Shown piece by piece: positions 1 through 15,000 of a stretch of DNA of 64,000 nucleotides. A model generated the notes under the pieces. The model did no database searches. It was given only the letters and a program-made list of their open reading frames with translations, and had not been told where the DNA came from. Source of the stretch: Phoronis australis. Taxonomy: Eukaryota; Animalia; Phoronida. Position 1 is the stretch's first letter. Every line of letters starts with the position of its first letter. The stretch spans positions 1,164,139 to 1,228,138 of the forward strand of contig NMRA01000036.1 of assembly GCA_002633005.1 (NCBI GenBank), written 5' to 3'. The position numbers were made by a program, and so were the translations under genes.

Positions 1-72
1 TACACGAGAACAAATGAAAAGTTTATTTTCCATCATCGGTCGCGTGGATGACGTGCGTCTGTTTCCAGAATA
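1..72 (+). CDS. SRSF11: SRSF11-like exon 1 (partial), RRM1 N-terminal part
   Basis: From base 2 reads TREQMKSLFSIIGRVDDVRLFPE (cf. SEQMRTLFGFLGKIDELRLFP); donor GTGAGT at 73. Confidence 0.88.
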
Positions 73-3000
73 GTGAGTGTTAATAATACCCACTGATTGA
101 AATCATGCCGACCCCAAAGTCGTAACCAGCCGTAATTCTTATTTCCAGGTCTTGTCTTGTCGTGTCTTGTAATTCTCTGCGATTATGGCGCAGCAGCGTC
201 ATCAGATTCTCAGAAATCTGATGTGATGCTGATTCTAAATGATCAACAAATGATCAAGCTCCCAGTCACCAGTGTCAGTGACACTTGTTGACCAGTTCTG
301 GTTCTACAGTCTGCAGTTTTTACACCAGGGATCGGTTTGGCGAACTATGTCAAGGCGACCACAGATTTTGTTTGGTGACCTGGTAAGAACCCCAGGTCAC
401 CATGAAGTCTTCAAGTATCCATTTTAGCACGCACTCAAAATTCTACAGGAAATAGGGAAATGGAAATCTGTATCTTCGACAAAAATTGGAAGGGCCTGTT
501 TATGAGTCATGCTCAGGTACCAATCATTTATAGTCGGAATACCTATCGTCGTCAGGCTCCATTGGTCGTCGGCCATCTTCTTTCGCGTGCAGCGCAGCCA
601 CGCAGGACTTAGCATTCCAATCTGGAGAGCTCGTCTGCACATTATGTACTAACCTCTCTGGAGAATCATGCATGCAAGAACTGAGACGAAAATCGGTGCA
701 TTGTTTTTAAGACCACTTGAAAACTTGTAGATTTTACTAATCCACTTTGTTGTTCAGTTTCAGATGATATTTTTGAAATTAAATTTTCTTCAGGTGGAAC
801 AAAAAAACAACCCAGGGATTGTTTGTGCAATGTATCTATTTGTCCCAGGCACTAACCTGTTAGGCCAAAGGAAAAAACGCAGCAAACAAATGCAACACAC
901 TGGGTGCTTAACAGTTTCGCAATGGTCATCAAAATATTGTTCACTTGTTTTTTATTGCAAAACACAGTACTGATCTCAAAGTTTATGTTGAAACTTTTGG
1001 TTCAGACATTTTGGATTTATGTGAAGAAAATTAGAATACTTGAATTGATAGATAGTTGCTACCAATAAAGTAAAACATTGATTTTTTTTCATTATATTGC
1101 ATTGTTACATACAACATAACATGACACAATTAAAAATAAAAGAAGAGATTGAGCTATAAAATGCAAATGCAACTTGGGTATTTATTTATGTATTCATGAT
1201 TGCAGAAGTCTGTTAAAGGTCAGAAAAAATCAGTCAGTATGATATTGGATAATTTATTAGAACAACTACATGGAGGTTCAATGATCAACTTCCGTCGACC
1301 AAGTCTCAAAGGGTTACAGTTCTGTTTTGACTGCCAAAATGTTAACAGAGAATGAAGAAAAACTGAAAAGAAAAAGAAAGACAGCAGAGATCAGTGGTAT
1401 TAAGAACAATAGCAAAAAGTCAAATAAAGAGGTCACAAATAGAAAATAAGTAAGGTCTATTCTGGAATAAAACAATCGCAATTTATTTTCCAGAACTGAA
1501 ATTCTGAATCAATTTTAATCGATTTAAAAATCGATGTCAAACCACTTTCCACTATTTTCTTGGCCTTTTTCTGTGTGGTTTTCTGCTCTTTCAAAAGGCA
1601 GCAGCATATGACGACCATAGGTACCATTATAAAATGGCTGCCGAAAAGCAGTCCACAGTTGAAACGACTCAGCATAAATAAAAGAAAATTTTTGAATCGA
1701 CGAATACTATATATTTGCGAGAGTTAAATGAAATCCTATTAAGAGCATAACTTTGAAGTGGAATAATTGGGTGAGAACGACAACAAGCCGATTTTAAGCT
1801 TAGTCGGACGACCTTTTGGTTCCTGAGTGTAGTTTTGGCTGCGTGGTACATTGGGCCAGGAGGTGGTCATTATCAAGCACACAAGACAGTCTTAATAATC
1901 TGTTCGAATAAAAACACCATCTGAGATATCTCGGGTACACTGGTGTACGTTTGCTGGGATCACAAATTTTTCATCTTGGGTATCTCATCTATTTCTCTTG
2001 CCAACTATTTGTTGTTTGAAGGGGCCAAGACTTTTTACAATCTGTACAAGGTTTCCTTGTTTTGACGGCCTTAGTTCATGTTTGGTGAGCTTGGAATTTT
2101 GCCAGGTCACATGTGGCAAGTTGACATTATGTTAACCATTTTGTTTGTGCTAGTTCCACTTCTCGACCATCTAGAGTGTTTTTACTTCTTGTCATTACGG
2201 TCTCTGTTTTTTTCATGATTGGTGTTCATTCAGACTCCATGTGTAGTACTTATGACAAATCAGCCTTTTAGATGGACTACATTTATAAATTATAATCTGT
2301 CGCGATTGAATCTGTTGTTATGACTGTTACAAGGCATCGCGCCAGTAAATTGATTAGTTCCAATCTTTCTCCCATAAAGGTACAGATTTGGAAACTGTCA
2401 ATGTCTTCAAGTCCTTCGAACTCCAATGAATACAGTACTCCAGTAATCGCAATTTCTTACTGAAACTTTGGGGAAGTTGTACTCTAATTGTTCGGTACTC
2501 GCTTGGATTGTAAATTGTATAGTTGGTCATCTACACCACCTACTTATACTTGTGGTTACTTATTGCTGTCATTTCTATCTGGTGTTCAGAGGAAGAGAGA
2601 CTTTACTTTGGAAGATCTTTTCTTGTTAAACCATATGCCTTTTAAGAAAGTGCAATAACTAACACTGAAGAAAAAGTTACAATTTATGAATATGAATGGG
2701 TTATAAAATATGAAATGAAGAGTTAATCAATTTAAATACTTGTTGTAATAAATGTAGTCATTGATTCGTCAAGGAAAGTTTATTGTATTTGAATTAAATC
2801 TGGTGTGTTAGTCAATACTCACAAAATTGAACTTGTAGAACCTCAGAGCTGTTACACCTCCTTCAAAGGGAAGATTGTACTAAGATTTTGTTCACCAACT
2901 TGCTCAAACAAGTTGGAGCTTGGTTCAAAATGTCTGCTTAGCAGGGCTCGACGCTATGAAAATTGCCAGGTCGCATTTTGAAACCAAGCCAAAATGCTAG

Positions 3001-6000
3001 GTCGCATTTTCAAAATCCAGCTCGCATTCATTAATTCCAGGTCCCGAAAATTTCACGCCATTTTTATGGACCAAAATTGGCATTTAGGTCATCAGAAAAT
3101 GCTTAGATTATGCTCTTGCGATGTTAAATACTTACAAATTTCATGTTGCAAAATTGAGTTCTTACATGCATATCATGCGTGCACAGCGTTACTGATCTTC
3201 ACTACCACCACACAGTGAAAGACCCTGGAGCGTAAGGCAGTTGCCGACGTGAAAGTTAAATCGGTGCTCTCTAACTGACACATGGTTTTCAATTAGCTAA
3301 GTGTGCAATGGGAAAAAGGAGAAAATACTCGTTGAAAAAGTACCTGTGACTTTTCTAAGACTGACTTGCTATATCACTGTCATCAAAGTAGTTAAAGATC
3401 CAAAGATTAATAACTCTGAGTGCAAATTCCTTTCATTTGTTCGTAGGCCAAACTTTGCAATTTGACGTTTGAGAAAACATCCTGTTGGAAGAAATCCGTG
3501 AAGCGTTGCCCTACCCGCTGAATGACATATTGATACGCGGAAACAATTCACTGCAAATTTCACTACAAAAATGTGGGACTTCTGCAGTTTACATATTCAA
3601 CAATTAGTATTCCATGAAGTGAAAAGCCTCGAAATGATTTCCGACTGTGCGGGTTTCCATTATTCAGTCGAAAGTAAAGGCATGCCCGTCGTTTGGCTAT
3701 TAATTCAGTTGTCATTTTCATGTTTGCTGTCTTTCATGATAAAAAAACTAGACGCACTTTTCCAAGTCACGATCGTCTGCCGGGATCGCTCTTCAGCGCT
3801 AACAGTGGAACCGACCAGTGACGTAGTGTGATATCAGGCATATTGCCGTGGGCGTTACCGTAATTTGATATTAAGGACACCTTACATGAAAAGTAAATGT
3901 TTTTCCACCACTAAGCTTGGTTAGTTCGTCATTTAAGAATTAGTAGAATCACCGCTGCTTTCTGACGTTTTATCACGTGTTATTCCCGATGTCCAAAACT
4001 TTCTTCGGCAAATCTGGAAATTTGCAAAAAGCCAAAAATGTTGGGTAATGAAATGTCTGAAAGACCGATTCTGCATTCCGTTGTTGACGCGACATGTTTA
4101 CAAGTCGGGAGGGCTGTTCTCAGTTAGTGTTCTTATGAGCTTGATTTGGCAACAACCAAATAACGGTCGAAATCGCACGAGTTGCTTTACATTTCCCAGG
4201 TATCTGCCGCGAAGTTTAAAACTCAGCTCGCATACGTTGGAAATTCCAGGTCACATTTTTCGACTTAATACGAGCTGGCCAAAATCTCAGATTTCAGGTC
4301 GCAAATGCGACTTGCAGCTCGTTATGTCGAGCCCTGCTTAGAATGAAAGTTTACGTGAGGTTGGGAACCAGACGAGATGTTGTGAGAAAGCAGACGATCG
4401 TTCCCACCAATCTTCAGCTCTATGTTTTGAAGGTTGCCTCCAAGGTTCGAGGAGTTTAATTTTGTGAGCATTTTCTTGCAGACCAGATTTAATATGAGTA
4501 CAATTAATATTGAAATTTGTGTCAAGCTGTGTTTTATTCAAAATATTCCTTGTAATTCCAGTGACAACCCAACCAGACCCTATACGTCCAAGGTGTGTTA
4601 TGTTAAGTTTGAGGACCCCACTCATGTAATGGTATCTCTCCACTTAACAAACACTGTGTTTGTTGACAGGGCATTAATTATTGTTCCTCACAATGACGGT
4701 AAGTATCTCTAATCATTACTTATTATCTCAAACCTTGACACAAATATTGTTTTTACAATAATTCTTATATGTCTGGCAAAATACCTTATTTTCATTCTTA
4801 GGGAACTTCAAATACTAAATATATACTTTGCAGTGAGATAAAAAACATTTAGCAGAACCACCTCTCTGTCCTTCAACCGCGTGGAAATTTGTGTACTTTG
4901 AATCCGAGGTCAAAGGTTACTGAGCTATCATTCAAGTCGAATGTCCCGCTTAGGTTACACACTTTTCCACAATTCACAGCCTGTTCAATTCACTGAGTCG
5001 CCATAAGCTATTGAGTTAACAAGGTGTATATAGCTTGGAAAGATGTGGAAACTGAAGACATGACGTATTTTTTATTCCCTGCGATCTGCCAACTTACAAC
5101 CGTTGATAATGTTATGACTAATGCACCAAGTTGCCGCACGGTGTCCAGCATATCACAAACCCAGTCGTGAAAAAAGATAAATCCTCGCCCAAATTCATTC
5201 ATTTCACTCAGGTAATCTCATGTTTCGCTGTTTCGATCTGATGCTCGTGACGTGCTTTAACCACAGATACTCAATTTGTATTCTACATTTCGTCCTTGTT
5301 TTCTTTTAGTGTCTCCGGTGTGTGCTTCGGCATTTGTTGTGTGCTAATACTGTTGGCTTATTTAATAGGTCAAGAGGTAAACTCCTCCCCCTAACCAGGT
5401 TTCACTCGATTCATTGTCAACCGACTTCACAAAAATTAAGTTAATTACACACTGCCAATTCAGTTGACATTAGGAGTGAATGTTCAAATGGCTAACAAGG
5501 TAATAAATAGCATGCATAGGTTATATTGACCAAAAGCAAATTTTCACCGAATGATTAATCGGAAACCTTCAGTTTTTTACCTCTTGTGACGTTTCTGTTT
5601 TTTCTCAGCTTCTGCAAATCAACTTGATTTGAACTTAGAAATACGAAATCTCGAAAACGGCTCAGTGAATTTCACTGTAACCTTCCAAAGTTAGTATTTA
5701 TTCACCAGCCTCAAAAACGCATATGGTATTCGCCCTAATAAGTGCCCAGGGTGCTTAGAAAAATTCGCCTCAGGGAGGAGGGCGCTTATAGCCCAAAGTG
5801 GTTGAAACCCGGTCTCCAAAACAGGTGAAATCGTAAACTAGGATTCATCAAATTTATGTTCTGTGACGCATCTGTAACCTATGGCAGACTTTTTACAAAA
5901 GTGTGGTGCATTCCTGTCAAATTTCTTTCAAAAATAAAGTTAATGGCACAACATGTCAAAAGTAAACTTTAGAATCTCTTCATGAATAGCATCATGATGT

Positions 6001-9000
6001 AGCCAATTGGGTTTTGTGATCTTGTTCTCATTTTGAAGATCACAATAAGAAATGTTGCTGAATGTTACTAGATGGAAGCTTAAGACTGCCGAGTTTATGT
6101 TTTGTGTTCTTACTATTATGTAAGACAGTTATGTCAATCCTCCACTTAATCATTTTTGAATGTTAATTAATAGTGACATTTTTTGTTTATGGAGACTTTA
6201 ACGATGCTGTGTGTGAATTTTATTATAAAATCTTGGAACATTTTTGACATTGGTTTCAACAATTTGAAAATTCAGTTTCATTCAAAACCGTACCAAAATC
6301 ACTCATTGCTAATTAAATAACCTTAAAATTCATATATCCCGAGGCATCAGGGTTACCATGGGACAAATGCTTTTTAATTCTTTTGTTCCTAAGAAGTGTT
6401 CACAACTTGGTGTTGAAATGAAGTTATTATTTGAAGCAGTGCGCAACTCTATTGATCTTTTCAGCTAAAATCCCAGATGAAAAGACGGCAATGGAAGTAG
6501 CAGCCCCTCCAAATGCCACTGGTGGTCTTTTGCCACCAACCAATGATTGGCCAAGTAACGTTGTGAACCAGGTAGTGGATCCTGGTTGAGTTTTCAATAC
6601 TACTGCTGTATCCGTGGTTCTTCATGGTGTCTTTCTACACATAGTACACATAATGTACCTAATTATCGGACGGACCCTAAATATCGGACATTACATAAAA
6701 TCTTACTTTGAAGCATAATCTGAGAAATAAATGACACCAATTTTTGTTCCGCTGTAATGCATTCAATGTCCTGCTCTTTCTTGTTTTTTTTTCTAGGGTT
6801 GCCTCGTTTTGATTTCACTGAGAGAGGGTGCAATTTAGACCCCCAAGTCGGCCTAGAATGGACGATTGCATAAATCGATTATAAAAGTTGAAAACAAAAT
6901 CTTCATCTCATTGAACTGACAATATGACACTGTTTCATTTTTTCAAGTCAAACCCCCGCTGCGCACGTGAGTGTGTCATATCAAGAAAGCAAAAAGATAG
7001 TAAAAACTTCACTGAGTTTGCATGTGCTTTATTCGTCTGCATTGATTCATTGAAACGACTTGGTGCTATCATCAGATTTCATATTATGGATTTTTTGTTG
7101 CGAATGGAGCTTTGTTTTATATGTCAAAACACTTGAGCTGAAATTTGGCCACAAGGTGCCCGCGGCCATTACTTGGTTAGTCAGTTTTCCGCGGTGTGGC
7201 GTATGGGGAAACATGGTGTCCGATATTTAGGTTCTCCAAAGGTTTGCTAGTTGTGTTCTTTAAAGAACAGTCAGAACATAAATGTGTCTTTAGGTGACAA
7301 GATATAGTAACAGAAAAATTCATAAAGGTATTGAGCAAAGAATTTACAACATTCCGAAGTATTTTCAATTAAACATAATGCAAAGTGTGCCAAAACGTCC
7401 GATAATTAGGACACTTGACTGTAGTTGTATTAATGCACCTGTTTTCTCAGCTTTAATAAGAATTATATCTGTAAACTCACCGTCTTATTTTGTGGGTTGG
7501 CTTGGAATGCATTGGCACAAGTCATTTTTTTACTATTTTCTAGTTTATGATTTGCCAAAATATTACATGAAACTAAGACTACCCTTGGTAGCACACTGTC
7601 TGTGGTTGACAGTCATGGGTCCATGCTGTTATTATATCAGTACTGCTCTGCTTATACCAGGTGACAGGTGCTGGCACGGGTCAAGTGATACATACAGTGG
7701 ACCCCAAGCTGTCATCAGCAGGGCTTCCTCCCTATCCCCCTCTCCCAGGGAACATTGATGCCTCCAAGGTGGAGGAAATAAGGCGCACAGTGTATGTCAG
7801 TAATCTGGATTCAACGGTAAGAGCATCATCCGTGATAAACTTGACAAATTAATTTAGGTCGCCTTGGATGGAGGTAACTACCTTCATTTGGTTAGAATAA
7901 TTCTTTTTGAATATCACCAGTTTTTATTCATGAAGCCATAATCTTTTTAAAATCCTTGATAATTACAGAATTTTTTACACGAAAATCATGCCTACATTTG
8001 TATAAACCAAGTTCAAGACTAAACTAATTGTTATTTTTCAACTAAGGACATTGCCATAGCTTCTGCAGTCATGACTTTTTGCATGAAATTTGCCGGTAAT
8101 TGTTCGTTAACACAAGTCTCCTCTGATATGTTCTTGTAGAAAGGTCTGATAGCAATGTGTCTTTTGAGCTTACATTTGAGATGAAAAAAATCACCCAACT
8201 TAACAAAAAAATCCATCGGCACACTCTTTGAATGACCTTACCAAGGTTTTAATACCAAAATTTGAAATAAACTTTTAGTTCGCAATGTAGTATACTTCTC
8301 GTTTAATTGTATGAATGTTTGATGGGCAGTGCTTTTTAGTTAGAAGTTTAGTTTTATTTTTATTCGAATAAGTTATAATTAAATTACTAACAATTTACAA
8401 GATTTTCAACATAACTCTTTAACCTGTCTGATTTGGCTGCCATCAATATCTGTTGTATTGTAGCAAGTCACGTCAGAAATGGTGCTGAACTTCTTCAGCC
8501 AAGTGGGTGAAGTCAAGTATGTTCGCATGGCTGGAGACGAGAGTCTGGCTACGAGGGGCGTCTATGTTGAGTTCACTGACCAGCGCACCATACCCACCGT
8601 GTTCGCCTATAATGGTGCTATGTTTGCCGGCAAACCTGTTCAGTAAGTGTGGAATGTGATTAGTTTTTTATTGGGGTTGGAGGTCACAATCTCATTACCC
8701 AGCGTTGCGTAATGTACATCTGTTCCACGCTTTCACACAGTTTTCTCTTGAGTTATCAGATTAGCTCATTGTCTTCTCAAACTCATTTGATCAAGTAAAA
8801 AATACTCAAGCAAAATACCATTCACAGTCATGGCAGATAATTCTATTAACAGTCATAACTATTATAGCAGCAAAATTCTAATTACAGAATGGCTTTGCCC
8901 CGCTATCCTACTAACTTTCTCATTAATTCCCGCTCATTCATAGTCATGAGACTACTCTGACGATGAGTTTGGCTTCTTCCCAGCCGTCTTGACAGAGAGT

Positions 9001-12000
9001 TTTGAATGCTTTTGTCTGAATACATTTGATGTGTACTGTTAGTACCTTATGTTTCCATTCGGGTCCTCAACATCAAGCCCTAAATGGGACTTTGGTTTCC
9101 TCATGTGGATCCAATTAAAGGGCTTCTGATAAAATGTTCACTGTCAGGGAGTCCAGTGTATGTAAGGTATTAAGATGACTGGTAGCAAGGAATGAAACTT
9201 TGTCATTAATATCCCAAAGGTTATCGTTAAGAATTTTCAAATCGACATCTCGCTGAGAATATGACAAGCTGAAGTATGGGTCTCTGGCTAACACAAACAC
9301 AACTCAAACTGTGTAACTGTCTGAGTGAGAACCTTTTGGAAAAATATGAGCCAGGTGTGGGTAAATAAATTCTCTATCTGGTAAGTACAGAAAGTAGGTG
9401 AGGTGTCATCATTCTAGACAAAAGGTACATAATATCTGAAACTGTTTTGTGATGGCATTACATACATGTCTGTGTGTCCATTCCAGAATTGTGCACTCGA
9501 TGCACGCCATTGCCAAGCCCATGTCTAAGAACCAAGAAGCCATCACCAAAGAGATTGATGAGGCTATGAAGAAAGTGAGCGAGGCACACAGTCTTATTGC
9601 TGCTGCTGTTGATCCAGGTAATGTAATCTAGCTAGCCAAGAACTCAAAAACCCTGAACTATATTTATAACATGCCTGTCAGGTGCCAGAGTAGTTCCTGC
9701 TAGAACATCCTGTAAACATCATCTCGGACATGACAAAATTTCTTAAGACCCACCCATTATGGCACTTGTTTTTACGGTTAGCTTGCAGCCTAGATTTGAA
9801 TACCATTTTTGTGTCTTTGTTACTGTTTATTTGTTACTGGTGAACTAAGGAACACAATATGAATGAGCTATGTGAATGATTAAAAAAGTTTTTTGTTTTT
9901 GCTAAGTTTCATGCAATAGTGATCTTCATTTTATTTCGTTCAACTGACAAAATACCCGGCATGCAAATGAATTTTGTTCTTATTCACCCTGCCAGATGAT
10001 AAAAGAAGAAGTAGGTCTCGAAGCACTGGACGCAGGAGAAGACATAGGTCAAGGTCAAGGTGAGCATGTATATTTGTTAAGTTATTATTTGTTTTTATCT
10101 GACCACATATTTATATGTGGACGCATTATGCTGTCATCTCCGTACGTCCTTTCGTCCGTCCGGGCGGTGTCTGTTCGGCGTCCGCTGCTCTAACTCCAAA
10201 ACCGTTTGACGTATGTTCATGAAATTTCGTGCATGTGTTTCTTTCATGGATGGGACAGAGCAAACTTTCGGACAAATCAGACTACCGGTGTGCCCCCTGG
10301 TGGCAATTTTAGATATTTATGCTTACCTCTATATCTTCAAAATTTGGCATGTAGGCATCTGTTAGTGGGATGACGCTATCCTCCCGTTTTCAGATAGATT
10401 CAACGTAATTTGCGCCACCTAGTGGCCATTTTTACTGTTTTCGAGTCTGTTTTTAGGCGTCCATCTTGGATTTTTAAAAAATGGTGTCCATAAAATACAT
10501 TTTCCTCAGTATCTTTGCTCTTGGGTCACTTAGAATGCTAGTTTTAATACCTGCATCCACATTTTTGTGGTCAAGAAATCTGAAAATGCAACTTAAAATG
10601 TGATACATAATCAAAATCCCATTTATTAGCAGTCACATTTTCTAAATGCAGTCTTCCTGTAAATCAACACATGAGCACTATCTTACTTTCTCGTATATTT
10701 TGTTCAGAGCTTGTTTCCTTCAAGACACTTAAACTAAACCAGTATATAAACAACTTATTTACGTTTTTCAGAACATGAAAGTATGTTTTTTGTAGTGTCC
10801 ATAGTCTTTCAGAACTTTGAAATCAGCTTATAGATCATTAGTATTGCCATCACTGTTGTGAAGAATCACATCATCGTCACCATTTTGACATTCTGCATAT
10901 TTCTACTCCTGTCAATTTTATCTTGTGGTTATTTGTGAACAGCAGTGTTGGACTTATAGACCAACATGTGTTGGAGAGGATGGCACCTACTTATCAATTT
11001 TCACACGGATCGGACATGCTTTGCCCCTAGTGCCAATTTTGATGTTTTAATGTCAATTTTTTGGTGTTCTATCTCGTTGAAGGATCACTTTGAAAATGTG
11101 TCCCTGTTGAAGATTGCATGGCTAACGTTGACTTCTGCTGTGCCCGTAAAAGCAATTTTTACATTTGTTTGAAGTTCAAGATATATCTTCATTGTGGTTG
11201 GCAGGTGTGAAAAAGACAGTATTTGTCAATTTACAACAGTACAGTGCGCCCTTATGGCAGTTCTAATATTTTTGTGATCGTTTTTGGTGTCCACTACGCA
11301 CATACGATTGTTATGAAATTCAACGAATGTGACCTTGTATTATGGATTGCATGGCTGACATTGATTATGGAACAGTTCGGACTGCTGTATCCCCTTGAGG
11401 TAGTTTTTATGTTCCCCTGCTGCACATGAAGTGGAGGACATAGTATTCCCGACAAAGGTCCAACACCAGTCGCCAGTTGATTTTGGTGATCTTGATGTCA
11501 TTTTCAAGGTCCCAAATAGAAAATCAAGTTTAACCTGAAAAATGTTCTTAAGGCAATTTCTTGAGTATATTGTTTAATGTAACATTTTTGCATGTTTAAG
11601 GTCACATAAAAGGTCACGTACAAAGTCACCCAAGATTCGATCAAGGTCCCGAAATCGATCTCGTTCGCGACGTTCACCTCGCCGCCGTCGATCCCGGTCA
11701 AAGTCAAAGCGCCGCTCGCGTTCCCGATCTCGCTCAAGGTATGTTGTACAGATTAGTACGATTGTATTGCACAAACCAGTAAACATTGCTAGAAGCATAT
11801 CAATAGTGGTTCAACTGTGGACTCTTGTTTCCTGTATTCAACTAATTGAACTTTAAAAAGTACGATTGAATTGTATGTTTCTCATCACCATACTGACAGA
11901 CAGCACTCCCCTGGATGCACACAGTAAAACAGCAAGGAAGATCCAACTAATGATCTTGTGCAGTTGTCTGTCTGTCAAAATTGTTGCTGACTCAGCTTGC

Positions 12001-15000
12001 CCATACCCTAACAGTGTGAAAATATACTCGCCCCTGACAGATGTGGGCTACATTGCCAAATATTCAATTCATTCATTAGTTTCACACCTGGCTGTTTGCA
12101 ATAGCTGGCTTTAGGTACGTTTCGTAACTTTTACCTTTTAATTACAATATGATGGATATTTGGTAACAGTTTGAATGACTACTGTAGTCTCGGATCCTTA
12201 GGAAATATGTATAATGCTGCATATGCAATAGAACTTTGCATCGCTTGCTCAGTTCAGGACTTGATTGACAGCATGGCAGGCTACATGACTTAGTGCGTTT
12301 GCAACTGTGGCCATTTTTATGCACCCACATATTTATATGTGTACGCATTATGCCGTCATCTCCGTCCGTCCGTGCGGCGTCTGTCCGTGTGGCGTCCGCT
12401 GCTCTATCTCCAAAACCCTTTGACATACATTCATAAAATTTGGCACATATTTTTCATTCATGAATGGGACGGCATAAGCGAACTTTCGGACGGATCCGAC
12501 TACTGGTGTGCCCCCTAGTGGCAATTTTAGTTTTTCACGCTTGCCTTTGTATCTTCAAAAGTCCTTAATGGATTTTCGTGAAATTTCGTATGTAGGCACC
12601 TATTAGTGAGGTGACGCTATTATTCTGTTTTCGGATGGATTCGATGTAGTTTGCGCCACCTAGTGACCATTTTTACTGTTTTCGAGTTTTTTGCGTCCAC
12701 CCCTCTATCAACCACACCGCTCAAAGGATGATTGTGAAAATTGGTATGTATGTGCTTACTATGAAGAAGAGGGTTGACGACGATTTTCTGACGATTTCGA
12801 CTACTGTGGCGCCTCCTAGTGGCAGTTCTGTTTTTTTTTGCGCCTATGGCTGTATCTCCTAAACCATTCGCAGGATCTTTAGTTAATTTAGCAAGTGTCA
12901 TTATATGATGTTGACTACGGATGACGACGACTTTCGGACCGATCTGACTACAGCTGTGCCCCCTAGTGGCAATTTTATTTTTTTACGTTTAACTCTGTAT
13001 TTTCAAAGGTCCTCAACAGATTTTCATAAAATTTCAAATATAGGCATCTATTGTTGTGATGACGCTAGCTTCCTGTTTTTGGATGGAATAAAGGTATTTT
13101 GCACCACCTAGTGGCCATTTTTGCTGTTTTCAAATCTTGTTTTTGACGTCCACCCCTGTATCAACCAAATCATTTGAAAATTGGCATATTTGTTCTCAGT
13201 GTGAAGACGACCTTTGATGATGGTGACTGACTACTGTGGCGCCTCCTAGTGGTAGTTTTGTTTTGTGCCCATAGTTGTATCTCTTAAACTCACTGAAGGA
13301 TTTTTACTAAATTTAGTAAGTGTATTTGTATGGAGAAAACAACAGACGGCGATGACGAACTTCAGACGAATCCAAGGAACACTCTTTCCACTAGTGGCAT
13401 TTTCATTTTATTCCGTTTTCCTTTGTTTCTCTGAAGTTCCTTGACAGATTTTTATGAAATATTGCATGTTCCTGTTTTTGAATGGATTGCATGTTTTTGC
13501 ACCATCTGGTGGCCATTTTTATGATACAAATAAATAATCCTAAAAGCACACCATTTGCAATGCATTCGTGGGCACATTTCAATCCTCTGCGTTGCTCTTG
13601 TTCCATAGATGAAAAGTTCATTTGTTTTGCCATAAAAATGGAAAGCGGTGACCCCCCCCCCACACGCACACACACACAGACCTTAATGGCCTGGCTACCC
13701 CTGCAGTGTAGGGGCTAATATTTGGAACTTTTAAAATGCTTACTAGATTAAATGTTATCCTATTTTTGTAATGTACCAGTGGAAAGTTTATTTCAAATAT
13801 AAACCATTTATTTTATGTCTTTAAGTAAACGCGTTTGTATACACTACTCTACATCTCATATTGTACTAGTTTTGATAACAGTAGTGGGATGTACAGGGAC
13901 ACATTCAAATGTAAAATCGCACATAAATTAGTGTGAGTTTGGTTTCTTCAAATAGTTAGATATACATGTCTTCAGATACTTATTGTACAAATCATTTTGC
14001 ACATATCCCAGTAGTGCTCACCATGTAATCAGTAGGAGGTGCTGCTACACATTCAATACATTGGCAGCTGAGAAAATCTATATCATTGTGGATGAACTAA
14101 CAAATATTTCAGAGAATTGAAACGTCGTGAAAAAGAAAGAAAAAGCCGGCGTTCAAGATCACCTCGCAAAACTTCAAGGCCCAGTAAAGAGAAAAAGAAG
14201 TCCAAATCGAGGTACTACTATGTCTTATTTTGTTGGTTAGGCCTGGTCTACCCTCCTCATGAGTTATAATTGTAACGTGCTGTTTTTAGTACGATAAAGG
14301 ATTTTTACGTATTGATTTACTGTGTATGGCAGTAAAACTGTCACTTTGCCTAGTGGGAGTTCTGCACAATTTTATTATGCTTGACTGCAAGTTACCAGTG
14401 GCAGCCATGTTCCCTTTTGTCTGTAAAAGTGTACAGGTGTGACCATCATCAAAACGTTGATATCAGAAAAAACTTTGTTGTGGAAATGACCAGCTGTCTG
14501 TTGTGTCTAGTGGATGTTGTGTGTTAAACAAGGATATTGTTGTGACATTTGCCATATGTATCTATAGGTCAGTTTTGTATCTGGTCACACGATTGCCATT
14601 TGGCGTTGCATAAGCTGCTTTCTCAAACACGATGAATGATTAAAATGGTCACAGGCTGCTGACTGTGCCAAGCTCACCACCTGTAGATTGGATGGTTATC
14701 AGAAGACTTGTCTAAAATTGGTTGTCTGTTGTTTGTTTGGTCATTCTATACGGATTCCATGGAATAAATCGATAGAAAAGTCACTGATTTCCACCAAGTT
14801 TATCTCTTTGAATGCTTTTGATGAAGTCCATACTGACTCTGGTATTTAGTAAAATTAGCTGGTACCCATTAAATATGAAATTGAAGTATCTTTATTCAAG
14901 TTGGATTAAAATTCAGACATTAAAAAACATGCTTTAACTTGTCCTTGTTTCTGCTTGTAAAGTACATATTTTTAGCCTCGAGGTTACAGGTTATTTGCAC

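Noticed and set aside
11504-11798. Minus-strand ORFs rich in R/D/E
   Set aside because: Antisense shadow of the RS exon 11601-11738.
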